Shown: one piece after another, positions 1 to 8,130 of the stretch
Position numbering within the stretch: the stretch's first letter is position 1
Layout of the letters: each line of letters opens with the position of its first letter
Source: Escherichia virus TH47
DNA: 64,000 bases
Strand: one strand, 5' to 3'
Sequence record: MT446416.1
Made by a program: the position numbers and the translations under genes
Notes under the pieces: generated by a model
The model's input: the letters and a program-made list of their open reading frames with translations, nothing else
What the model was told of the DNA's origin: nothing
The model's database searches: none

Positions 1-224
1 TCGATTTCAGCATTTAGACCTGCGTCGGGTTGAACATCAAAATCTTCGTCAAGTTTTTCTTCGTCTTTGACTTCACATTCTTCTTCGTCCATGCTTTCTT
101 CTAGTTCTTTATTGATTTCTTGAGCTTGCTCAACAAAGTACTTACGCATTTTTTTATCAGCAACATCTTGTTCGCCGTTTGCAAACGCTTCAATTGCTTC
201 TTGTAGTAGTTTTAAATTCGCCAT
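1..224 (-). CDS. Partial (N-terminal part only; continues beyond window start) acidic prohead core/scaffold-like protein
   Basis: ATG at 224..222 preceded by GGAGGA RBS; translation MANLKLLQEAIEAFANGEQDV...EESMDEEECEVKDEEKLDEDFD is helical then strongly acidic, recalled as resembling T4 gp67/gp68-type prohead core proteins; lies downstream of portal gene as in T4 head cluster. Not in ORF track because no stop in window. Confidence 0.4.
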   Translation of the reverse strand, partial: MANLKLLQEAIEAFANGEQDVADKKMRKYFVEQAQEINKELEESMDEEECEVKDEEKLDEDFDVQPDAGLNAEI

Positions 225-324
225 TATATCCTCCATAGATATATTACATTCATATAAAGTATGATATTATTTAGTACTGAAAAATTTCGCCATTTTTAAA
301 AGCTTTAAAAAGTGCGATTTTTGT

Positions 325-555
325 TTACATTAATCCTGAACCATCACCGGATGGTGCTGCTGCTGCATAAACAACAGCGACAACATTTTTGCGTCGTTGT
401 TCTTCATTAGCTTTAAATTCACGGTACTTTCTTAAATTATTAAGTACTTGTAATGTTAGTTTTGGTTTTCTGGAATCAGTAATTTTATATACGTTCTGAT
501 CATCTTCAGGGTCGTATAAAGAATCACTGCTAGATTCAAAGATGTCCTTTAACAT
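325..555 (-). CDS. Small hypothetical protein in head-assembly cluster
   Basis: 76-aa ORF between portal and prohead-core-like gene, same strand, compact spacing; no recognisable motif. Confidence 0.4.
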   Translation of the reverse strand: MLKDIFESSSDSLYDPEDDQNVYKITDSRKPKLTLQVLNNLRKYREFKANEEQRRKNVVAVVYAAAAPSGDGSGLM

Positions 556-628
556 TTCATCTCCTTTGAATATGCATTATAATGAGGGCAACTAATGTAC
601 CCTCATTCTTATACATTGTTATTTATGA

Positions 629-2365
629 TTAAAAAGAATCGCCTAAATTATTCGGGTTAAAACCTGCACTTCCTTGTTGTTCTTGGTATTCAGCATCGGC
701 ACTTTCTAAGTTACCGTCACCATCAATACCCAAATCCATACCAGGATCGTTAGGAGCATCTATACCAACAGATTGCAACCCAGCAGCATCTTCTTCACCA
801 CTTGACGGAGCGGAACCATCTTGTGGATTTTCTTGGAGCCACATTTGCTCATTCTTAACAATATCAGCTTTAGAGAAGCCCATTTTTTCAAGAATAGTTT
901 GTTTTGCCATATATGGCAGATCGTTAAGTGGGAGATAGGTGTTAATTAGTTTAGCATCTAGTTCCGCTTTACGATAAGAAGCCAAGTTAATAGGTGGATT
1001 CATAATTACTTCAAAAGATGAAGTACTAATGTTATATCCATTTTTAACCATAAAACGTTTAAATTCTGCATCAAATAGTTTTGCAACCAAACGTTGATAA
1101 CGCATACATTGGTTATTAAAACGTAATTCACTTGCCATTGCTTGTGTTGCACCATCACCAAATAGTGATACACCACCATCATCTGGACCTTGCGGTAGAT
1201 ATGAAGCTGGGATTTGCAATCCACGAATCAATTTATTGTTGAAGTAACGCAAGTCATCAATCTGACCTAAGTTATCACCACCAGGAAGTGTTTGTACATC
1301 TGAACCACGACCTTCAGAAGTTTGTGGGAAGAAGTAATCTTCTAGAATACTTAATGGATTATATGCTGCATCCATTAGAGAAGTACTGCCACCTTTATTT
1401 GAAGGAATACGTCTTTGGTGAATTTCATTTTTGAATCGTTCTACGTATGCCATTGCTTGGTGAGTTTGCATATCACCAACGTCAATTTTAAATACACGAC
1501 GCTCTGGAGCACGTTGAACACGATAGATAATAATACTATCTTCAAGTAATTCTTTTTGTTTATAGACTTTGAAAACATCTTCAAGTATACTAGTACCGAA
1601 AGGCCAAACTCCATCTTGTCCTGTATTTAGGGTTAGATGAATTACGTGTTCTGCACCAACTGGAATAACATCAAGACGACCGTTAGTACTGAATGGGTCA
1701 GCAGAGTTTCCTTGGTTAGTAAAGCCAGATGCACCACCTGCTGCCACTGAACCACCGCCACCTAATGTGGTAGGGATTGCACCAGGGTATGCAGTTTTAT
1801 CAAATCCAACTTGTAAGTTACTAAACACTTTATCTTTAAGATTCAAAGATACGTCACGAATATAATAAATTACAGGGGTTTTTCCGGTTGCTTCGTTAAC
1901 GAATACTTGTTCAACGTTTTTTGGGCTTACCCAGTACCAGTCAAATGTTTCTGGGTCACGAATGAAGAATTGGTCACCGTATTTTAATAGGCCACGTACA
2001 ATTTCATACATTCGGGTTTTAAAATCATTTTGTTCAGTCCATGCATCCAAACGGTCTTCAATAGTAGAAACTTCGGTATCACCAATATCATCTTTGTATT
2101 TGATTTTATATGGAAGACCGAAATCTTCAGTACTTTGTGTACAGAAGTCAGCAATGATATTAAGTGCTGTTCTAATTTCAGGGTCTTGGTCCATCTGGTC
2201 ATACTGACTATAACGTTCAGTACGGTTAGCTAAACCATTGTATACTACTGGAAGATAGGAAGCGAAATTTGATTTCGTTCCTATTGATTTGTTGCTATTA
2301 CTGGACTGATTTGGGACGACCGATAATTTCGATCTCCCCATTGTCATATGTCGTTTCCAACTCAT
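629..2365 (-). CDS. Portal vertex protein (T4 gp20-like)
   Basis: 578-aa ORF; segment SIIIYRVQRAPERRVFKIDVGDM...TLPGGDNLGQIDDLRYF matches the remembered T4 gp20 core ([22 protein letters not shown]...TLPGADNTGNMEDIRWF); AAGGA RBS upstream of ATG at 2365. Confidence 0.85.
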   Translation of the reverse strand: MSWKRHMTMGRSKLSVVPNQSSNSNKSIGTKSNFASYLPVVYNGLANRTERYSQYDQMDQDPEIRTALNIIADFCTQSTEDFGLPYKIKYKDDIGDTEVSTIEDRLDAWTEQNDFKTRMYEIVRGLLKYGDQFFIRDPETFDWYWVSPKNVEQVFVNEATGKTPVIYYIRDVSLNLKDKVFSNLQVGFDKTAYPGAIPTTLGGGGSVAAGGASGFTNQGNSADPFSTNGRLDVIPVGAEHVIHLTLNTGQDGVWPFGTSILEDVFKVYKQKELLEDSIIIYRVQRAPERRVFKIDVGDMQTHQAMAYVERFKNEIHQRRIPSNKGGSTSLMDAAYNPLSILEDYFFPQTSEGRGSDVQTLPGGDNLGQIDDLRYFNNKLIRGLQIPASYLPQGPDDGGVSLFGDGATQAMASELRFNNQCMRYQRLVAKLFDAEFKRFMVKNGYNISTSSFEVIMNPPINLASYRKAELDAKLINTYLPLNDLPYMAKQTILEKMGFSKADIVKNEQMWLQENPQDGSAPSSGEEDAAGLQSVGIDAPNDPGMDLGIDGDGNLESADAEYQEQQGSAGFNPNNLGDSF

Positions 2366-2377
2366 TATTGTTCGTCC

Positions 2378-4579
2378 TTAACTGTTTCTCTCACCTTGGG
2401 TGTTTTCAGAGATAGTTCTTAGATAATTATTTGTCTGTTGTACAGCAGATAGTGATTGTTCATTAACATCGGCAAGCTTTTTGAGTATTTCTTTCATTTC
2501 ATCAGAAATCGGTGCTGGTGGACCAGTTCTCGATGTCACTGCACTACCATTATTTATCATCTTCTTAATTGCCTCTGTATCGTCAGGTTTTGGTGGAACT
2601 GGTGGTTCACCTGGTGCCCATGCAGTTTTATCAAAATCTTTACGAGATACAGTTATTTCTGGAGCAACGTTATTTGTTTTTTCAATAACAGGGCGAATGC
2701 GTTCTACACCTGGACGGTTGAATAAACTGTCAGCATAGTCAGATGGTAGTGGTGCTGGTTCTTTGTAGTTACGTGCGGTGTTCCATTTATTGAACTTATC
2801 CCACATTCCTGCAAAATAATCACTAACACTATTTACTCCATTGTCAATGATGCTGTTTACGCTTTCTGCTGGGGTTTCAGTACTGTTATTGAGTTTTATC
2901 TCATTATCAGAACCACCACCGAACCAACTTTTAACAGAATTCCATAGGTTACCAGGTAAATCCATTAAGTTATTCATAAAGGTATCAAATGCTTCTGACA
3001 CTTTAGTGTAACCTGAACCGAATATATCTGCACCCAATCCATCCAACCAAGCTGTAAATTCAGCACCAATACGATCAAGGTAAGCAATTGCATCTTTAGC
3101 AATAGGTACTAACCCAAATCCATCAAGAGCCAATTCCCCAATAAACTCCCATGCACCATCAGTTCTGTCTGCAATGTCAGAAAGATAATCCACAATTGAA
3201 TTTTGTGTATTAGCATACATTATATTAAATGGTTCAGTGAATTCTTTACTAATCCACATATTGAAGCGGTTGGTAAATTGAGTTAATTTATCAGCCGGAT
3301 TATTTTGTGCAGCATTGAATCTGGATTCTGCGGCTAGAAGTTCTTTAATTGCAGCAGCAGAAGCAGCCCCTTCAGAACCACGTTGTTGTTGATAATACAA
3401 CTCCATTTCCAATTCACTTTTATTCTTCTTGGTATATTCCATTATTTTGCGTTGTAAATCAACGGAACTGGTCCCAGATCTAACAAGTTCAGAAACGTAA
3501 TTACTAAGATCGAACAATTCAGGAGCTAATATATCATCAGGAAGTGCTCCAGTTGTGATTTTGGAGTTTACTATGCTTAGAAGTTTTGGTCCAAAGTCAC
3601 CCATTGCTGCGGAAGCTTCAACTATATTCTTTGCCGCAGTTGCTGCTGCATCAGAAGTTAGTCCACCTACATGTTCAAGTGATATTGCAATTGATTTTGC
3701 GTCAAGTGAATCATCAAGAGAACTAGTTTTATTCAACAGTGAATCTACCGACTCACCCATTGCTTTACTGAAAGTGGTTATTGTTTTTATAAATTGTTCA
3801 GTACTGCGTTCTTGGTTAGAACGCTGTAGTAATTCTTTACCACCCAATATTTTTTGAACTTTAATATTCCTAGCAGTGAGATCAATTAGTGTTTTTTGAG
3901 ATATGCCATATAAACCAAGTTCTTTCTGTGCAAGTTGGACATTACCAACTAAGTTTGCGAATGCCATTGTTCCATCGCCATACAACGCACCCAACTGGTT
4001 TACTGCTTGGGCATGAACTGACACTGCCTCAGAAAACTGATCAACACTCATCATCGCTGCACCAGCACCTTTCAGTACTGAACCATAACCTTCAGCCAAT
4101 GCAACACCAGCACTGTTAATTCTGGTGTATACTTCCAATTGTGCATTAAGGGCATTGTATACAGCAAGACCAGCACCAGTAACGAGTTTAAATGCTGCTG
4201 CCGCTGCACCAATTGGACCTGGCATCATTGCTAATGAACCAGCAAATGAGGATGCACTAACGCCTAATGAGTTTACTACAGTACTTACGTTGTTACTGGA
4301 GTTCATCATTGTTTTGCTTACATTAGAAACTTCAGAAGATAGTGATTTGAACAATTTACCAAATGCTTTCCCGTCATCGGCTTGTGCACTTCCACGAGTT
4401 CCACGATTACTGGAAGAACTGGAACTGGAACCATTCTTTTTACTATTTGAACCTGATTTTTTCTTATCATTCTTTATATTTTCAGCTAATAACTCACGGA
4501 TAGCAGTCAAACTATCATTGTTATCTTTAGTTTGATTAACCAACTGCTGTAGTAGGTAATCACTTGTATTGACAGCCAT
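2378..4579 (-). CDS. Large Ala/Gly/Ser-rich virion protein, tape-measure-like (function uncertain)
   Basis: ORF track start (4777) trimmed to ATG at 4579 with AAGGGA RBS; 733 aa, poly-Ser tract, long Ala/Gly-rich helical low-complexity segments typical of tape-measure/ejection proteins; immediately upstream of portal. Confidence 0.4.
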   Translation of the reverse strand: MAVNTSDYLLQQLVNQTKDNNDSLTAIRELLAENIKNDKKKSGSNSKKNGSSSSSSSNRGTRGSAQADDGKAFGKLFKSLSSEVSNVSKTMMNSSNNVSTVVNSLGVSASSFAGSLAMMPGPIGAAAAAFKLVTGAGLAVYNALNAQLEVYTRINSAGVALAEGYGSVLKGAGAAMMSVDQFSEAVSVHAQAVNQLGALYGDGTMAFANLVGNVQLAQKELGLYGISQKTLIDLTARNIKVQKILGGKELLQRSNQERSTEQFIKTITTFSKAMGESVDSLLNKTSSLDDSLDAKSIAISLEHVGGLTSDAAATAAKNIVEASAAMGDFGPKLLSIVNSKITTGALPDDILAPELFDLSNYVSELVRSGTSSVDLQRKIMEYTKKNKSELEMELYYQQQRGSEGAASAAAIKELLAAESRFNAAQNNPADKLTQFTNRFNMWISKEFTEPFNIMYANTQNSIVDYLSDIADRTDGAWEFIGELALDGFGLVPIAKDAIAYLDRIGAEFTAWLDGLGADIFGSGYTKVSEAFDTFMNNLMDLPGNLWNSVKSWFGGGSDNEIKLNNSTETPAESVNSIIDNGVNSVSDYFAGMWDKFNKWNTARNYKEPAPLPSDYADSLFNRPGVERIRPVIEKTNNVAPEITVSRKDFDKTAWAPGEPPVPPKPDDTEAIKKMINNGSAVTSRTGPPAPISDEMKEILKKLADVNEQSLSAVQQTNNYLRTISENTQGERNS

Positions 4580-4611
4580 AACATTCCCTTTTAATAGATG
4601 TATTATAGAAA

Positions 4612-4619
4612 TATTTATG
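4612..4619 (-). promoter_or_regulatory. Candidate late-promoter -10 box (cATAAATA) for gene 2378..4579
   Basis: Minus-strand CATAAATA about 33 nt upstream of ATG 4579; same ATAAATA core recurs upstream of many structural genes; phage encodes gp55-like sigma. Confidence 0.35.
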
Positions 4620-4672
4620 AATCTATAACGAATAAAAAAGACCCATCTATAACATTTGTCCCATTTTTTGGT

Positions 4673-4680
4673 AATAAATA
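4673..4680 (+). promoter_or_regulatory. Candidate late-promoter -10 box (AATAAATA) for gene 4716..5552
   Basis: AATAAATA 36 nt upstream of ATG 4716 in divergent intergenic region. Confidence 0.3.
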
Positions 4681-4715
4681 CTACAGAGACATTTATTACA
4701 TGGAGATTTAATAAA

Positions 4716-5552
4716 ATGGCAATGAACCCACTAGCTAAGTATACTAAAATTGAAGAACTTGGTACAAAATTGGTCACAAATGGCGTGATTCCTTATAAAG
4801 AAGGAGTTCTTGGCTCTAAAGGTATCAAATGTGGCATTTGTGCTCGTAGTGCACGTGATGAAATGACACTCAATACACCAGATATGCTTCTAAATGGTGA
4901 TGCAATTGCTCGTGTTATTGAAAACTGCGTACCTAACGTACTTGATGCAGATGAACTTTATGTAAATGACGTAGAGCTACTACTTATCGCTATTAAAGTA
5001 GCTTCTAAAGAAGAATCATATGATATTAATGTGACATGCCCTGAATGTAACAAAGAAGGCCGTTTTGAGCGTAGCTTATCATATCTACTAGAAACAGCAC
5101 AAACTTTCAGTGAAGTTCCTACTGTGCAATTGGATAATGGACTAAGTTTAGAGTTTAGACCACTTACTTGGAAGGAATATTCTAACTTCGCAGAAAGAAT
5201 GTTTACAGAACAACAAAAAACTAAATTCCTTGAAACTGCCGAAATGGAGCAGGAAGAAAAAGTTAAAGTGTTTGGTGAAGTATTTGAAAGTATGGCACAA
5301 CTCAACTTTGATATGATCGCAGGAGTTATTGCTAAGGTAATTACACCTGAAGGTGATGAAGTAACTGAAAACGAATTCATTTCTGAATGGCTAGGTCAGC
5401 AGTCCAAAGGAACACTTAAAATAATTCGTGAAAAAATGGATGAAGTACTTGAAATTGGTGTTTCCCATACTATGGAAGTTGAATGCAGTGACTGTAATCA
5501 TCAATGGGAAATTAATGGACTGAAATATGACCCAAGTCATTTTTTCGCATAA
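4716..5552 (+). CDS. Hypothetical protein with three CxxC pairs (possible zinc-ribbon protein)
   Basis: ORF-track start 4656 is TTG; first ATG 4716 has GGAGA RBS; contains CGIC, CPEC, CSDC motifs. Confidence 0.45.
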   Translation: MAMNPLAKYTKIEELGTKLVTNGVIPYKEGVLGSKGIKCGICARSARDEMTLNTPDMLLNGDAIARVIENCVPNVLDADELYVNDVELLLIAIKVASKEESYDINVTCPECNKEGRFERSLSYLLETAQTFSEVPTVQLDNGLSLEFRPLTWKEYSNFAERMFTEQQKTKFLETAEMEQEEKVKVFGEVFESMAQLNFDMIAGVIAKVITPEGDEVTENEFISEWLGQQSKGTLKIIREKMDEVLEIGVSHTMEVECSDCNHQWEINGLKYDPSHFFA

Positions 5553-5761
5553 TGCTTCTCCACTCATCTCCTGAAGAAATACAAGAAGTACTTAAGGAAT
5601 TTGAGTTGAATAAGTCAGATATTAAAACTGCATTAATGGAGTGTTCTGTTTATATGGAAAGTGTTGATTACGGAACACTACTTAATATGCCACTAATTGA
5701 TAGAGACTTATTAGTTAAGTCTTTTAATAAGAAAATTAAAAAACAAAACGAGAAGCACTAA
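5552..5761 (+). CDS. Small hypothetical protein
   Basis: 69-aa ORF; ATG overlaps stop of upstream gene (translational coupling). Confidence 0.4.
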   Translation: MLLHSSPEEIQEVLKEFELNKSDIKTALMECSVYMESVDYGTLLNMPLIDRDLLVKSFNKKIKKQNEKH

Positions 5762-5772
5762 CTCACAAGGAG

Positions 5773-5800
5773 CCAGCACATTGTTGCTGGTTTTTTTTTT
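5773..5800 (+). terminator. Rho-independent terminator
   Basis: Hairpin CCAGCA-cattgt-TGCTGG followed by T10 run directly after stop at 5761. Confidence 0.65.
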
Positions 5801-6562
5801 GGTTTTAAACTACAGAATTGATTGAATTGAATTTTGAAAGGAATTAATTATTTTATAGTGAACTCATCTAACTCATTTCATTCGTTAGCTGAAGAATATT
5901 CGTTACTACGTAACTCATATTCATTTCTTATAATTAATTATAAAGAACTTTAAAAGATTTAATACTTGACGGGATTTGTTGAAGACATTTTCATCCCCCC
6001 GCAGGGGAATGAAGACAATAAAAAAGAGACAATTAAGTCTCTTAATTCTTGACGCTGATGGTTTCAGCATTTATTGTATTGCGAATTTCTTAAAATTCAT
6101 TAAGAACGAAAGCGGGTTGCTCTGTTTCTCTCTATCGCAGTCATGTGCAACGGTCGTCAGTCTTAATCATCCTGACACTCACCTGAAAGTCTATACAATC
6201 AAACTTCAGGCTGTTTATTAAATCACTTAATAAACTCCCTTAGCAAATCTGGTAAGGTGCGATCCTTATACATCTATCGAGGAACTCTCTGTATGCTTAT
6301 CGGAGTTCTTTATTGAGCCGTGTCGCCGTGAGGGGTTCAAACTATGCCCACATCTAACGGGTTTCTTCTGCTCATCGCACTGTTGAACTGCTCATCTGCC
6401 ATCTACATTTTCGATAGGATCAGGTTCTAATTTATATGCATTTCTGCATTCAACAGGATTGTCATCACTACAATTAACATTATAGCACCAAATTCAAAAG
6501 TGTCTCACTATTATGGTAAAAAATTTATAAAAAGTACATAATTCTTGTTATCTGAAGTAACG

Positions 6563-6570
6563 CATAAATA
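6563..6570 (+). promoter_or_regulatory. Candidate late-type promoter -10 box (cATAAATA) for gene 6601
   Basis: CATAAATA 30 nt upstream of ATG 6601. Confidence 0.3.
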
Positions 6571-6600
6571 TTTTGATAAGAATTAGTTTAGTGGGGATTT

Positions 6601-7095
6601 ATGAAGAAAAGATTAAAAGATAGTAAAGAAGCTGCAAACTATCGAAATGAATTACTAAAGAAGCAAAAAGGAATTGATCCTATAATTAAGGAACCAATAA
6701 CTAAGCCAGTACTTGATCACTATCACTTCGAGAATCAACACTGTCGCGGGGTACTCCAGAATGAGATAAACGCCTTTGAGGGTAAGGTTTCCAACGCATG
6801 GAACCGATATGGAAAGCATTTAACTGATATGCCATTACATGAAGTACTAAGAAATCTGGCAGATTATCTTGAAAAGAACAATAACATTCCACCTGAAGAG
6901 CAAGTCATACATCACACTGCACTAACTGTGGATGTTAATAAGTTTAAAAGGCTTCCAGCAACACAGCAAAACGCGATTCTGGAAGGGTTAGGAGTTGTCC
7001 CTGGTAGTAACGTCAAGGAGAGAACTAAGCAAGCCAGAAGGCTCATTAAGGACGGTAAATTAAATATGGTAGATGTAAAAAGAGATACAAAATGA
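6601..7095 (+). CDS. Endonuclease VII-like nuclease (gp49-like His-Me finger; Zn-ligand cysteines absent)
   Basis: LDHYHFENQHCRGVLQNEINAFEG aligns by eye to remembered T4 EndoVII HLDHDHELNGPKAGKVRGLLCNLCNAAEG (D/H/H and N/E catalytic positions kept; the four Cys absent). Confidence 0.5.
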   Translation: MKKRLKDSKEAANYRNELLKKQKGIDPIIKEPITKPVLDHYHFENQHCRGVLQNEINAFEGKVSNAWNRYGKHLTDMPLHEVLRNLADYLEKNNNIPPEEQVIHHTALTVDVNKFKRLPATQQNAILEGLGVVPGSNVKERTKQARRLIKDGKLNMVDVKRDTK

Positions 7096-8114
7096 AAATA
7101 TCATTACCAAACGAAATAAACTTAAAACACATAAATTACAATACAAAAATGCCACAAGAATATTTTGATGATTTAAGTAAGAGATTATCAAAATATGACA
7201 TTATTTTTAATGGATTTATAATTGAAGATGAATGGAAAGGTAATAACACGTTAACTTCTATAGAATGTGAAGGAAACCTCTACAACAACTATCGAATTAA
7301 TAAATTATACAGATATATTAAACGTATGGATACAAAAGGATATCAGAAACCTAAAGGTTTTAACTTAACCCCTGAACTATTGGTACAAAACGTCAACGAT
7401 GAATGTATAAAACGTGGTGGTAAGATTGAATTTATTGGTTATAAACAATTTAATGGTGCAAAAACATATTTGGAATTGAAATGTAATGATTTGGAATCAC
7501 ATGATGAACCATATGAGTGGTGTTCAACGATTTATGATAGTTTTGTCGGAAACAATAGACATTTGAATGGTTGTCATAAATGTTCAGGTAGATATCATTA
7601 CACTATAGAAGAACTTAACAATAATATAAATTATTTTTGTGAAACACGTGGATTCGTAAACCCAGTATTGATAACTAATGAAACTATGAATGGTGTTAAT
7701 AGTATTGTTTCATTCACCTGTCATTGTGGTGAGAAAGCAACGATGACATATGATAGTTTATCACGTGCTCGTTTTTGTATATTATGCAGCGAAGGTAGTT
7801 ATAAACAATATATTCCTGGTTCATTGTATGTATTAGAAGTATATAAAAATGATAAACATGTGGCATATAAATTTGGTATATCAAACTATGTCCCAAAACG
7901 CCTCATGGAATATGGAAAATCTCCATGTAATGTTAAGATTATTCATCAATATGATTTTGAAGATGGTTCTATTCCATATAAAATTGAAAATAAAATAAAA
8001 AACTCATTACCAATCAGATATCTTACCAAAAATGAGTTCGGTGTAGGATATACAGAAACGATAGATACAACTTTATACGAAGATTTAATTAATATTATAA
8101 AAAAGGGAGCATAA
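7092..8114 (+). CDS. AT-rich Cys-rich protein with C-terminal GIY-YIG/T5orf172-like motif (putative homing-endonuclease-like gene)
   Basis: ATGA overlap with upstream gene; markedly lower GC than neighbours; several CxxC/HxC pairs in N-terminal half; C-terminal LYVLEVYKNDKHVAYKFGIS...PKRLMEYG resembles GIY-(10)-YIG plus conserved Arg. Confidence 0.4.
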   Translation: MKISLPNEINLKHINYNTKMPQEYFDDLSKRLSKYDIIFNGFIIEDEWKGNNTLTSIECEGNLYNNYRINKLYRYIKRMDTKGYQKPKGFNLTPELLVQNVNDECIKRGGKIEFIGYKQFNGAKTYLELKCNDLESHDEPYEWCSTIYDSFVGNNRHLNGCHKCSGRYHYTIEELNNNINYFCETRGFVNPVLITNETMNGVNSIVSFTCHCGEKATMTYDSLSRARFCILCSEGSYKQYIPGSLYVLEVYKNDKHVAYKFGISNYVPKRLMEYGKSPCNVKIIHQYDFEDGSIPYKIENKIKNSLPIRYLTKNEFGVGYTETIDTTLYEDLINIIKKGA

Positions 8115-8126
8115 GCTCCCTTTTCT
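8105..8126. terminator. Bidirectional rho-independent terminator between convergent genes
   Basis: GGGAGC-ataa-GCTCCC hairpin flanked by A-run upstream and T-run downstream; stop codon of 7092..8114 lies in loop. Confidence 0.6.
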
Positions 8127-8130
8127 GTTA

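Noticed and set aside
2456-4535. Several plus-strand ORFs (2456-2725, 2481-2738, 3555-3857, 3889-4119, 4125-4535) inside the 2378..4579 minus-strand gene
   Set aside because: Antisense or shadow ORFs within a long coding gene; low-complexity translations, no ribosome-binding sites.
5976-6221. 81-aa ORF in the long non-coding region
   Set aside because: No RBS, implausible composition, overlaps hairpin-rich sequence; region better interpreted as non-coding.
5762-6600. Possible tRNA gene(s) in the long intergenic region
   Set aside because: Scanned by eye for cloverleaf signatures (GTTCGAATC-type T-loop with flanking 5-bp stem, D-loop AGCTCAGTTGG-type); GGTTCAAACT at about 6334 lacks a complementary T-stem, so no tRNA is called. 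A proper tRNAscan-SE run could still find one.
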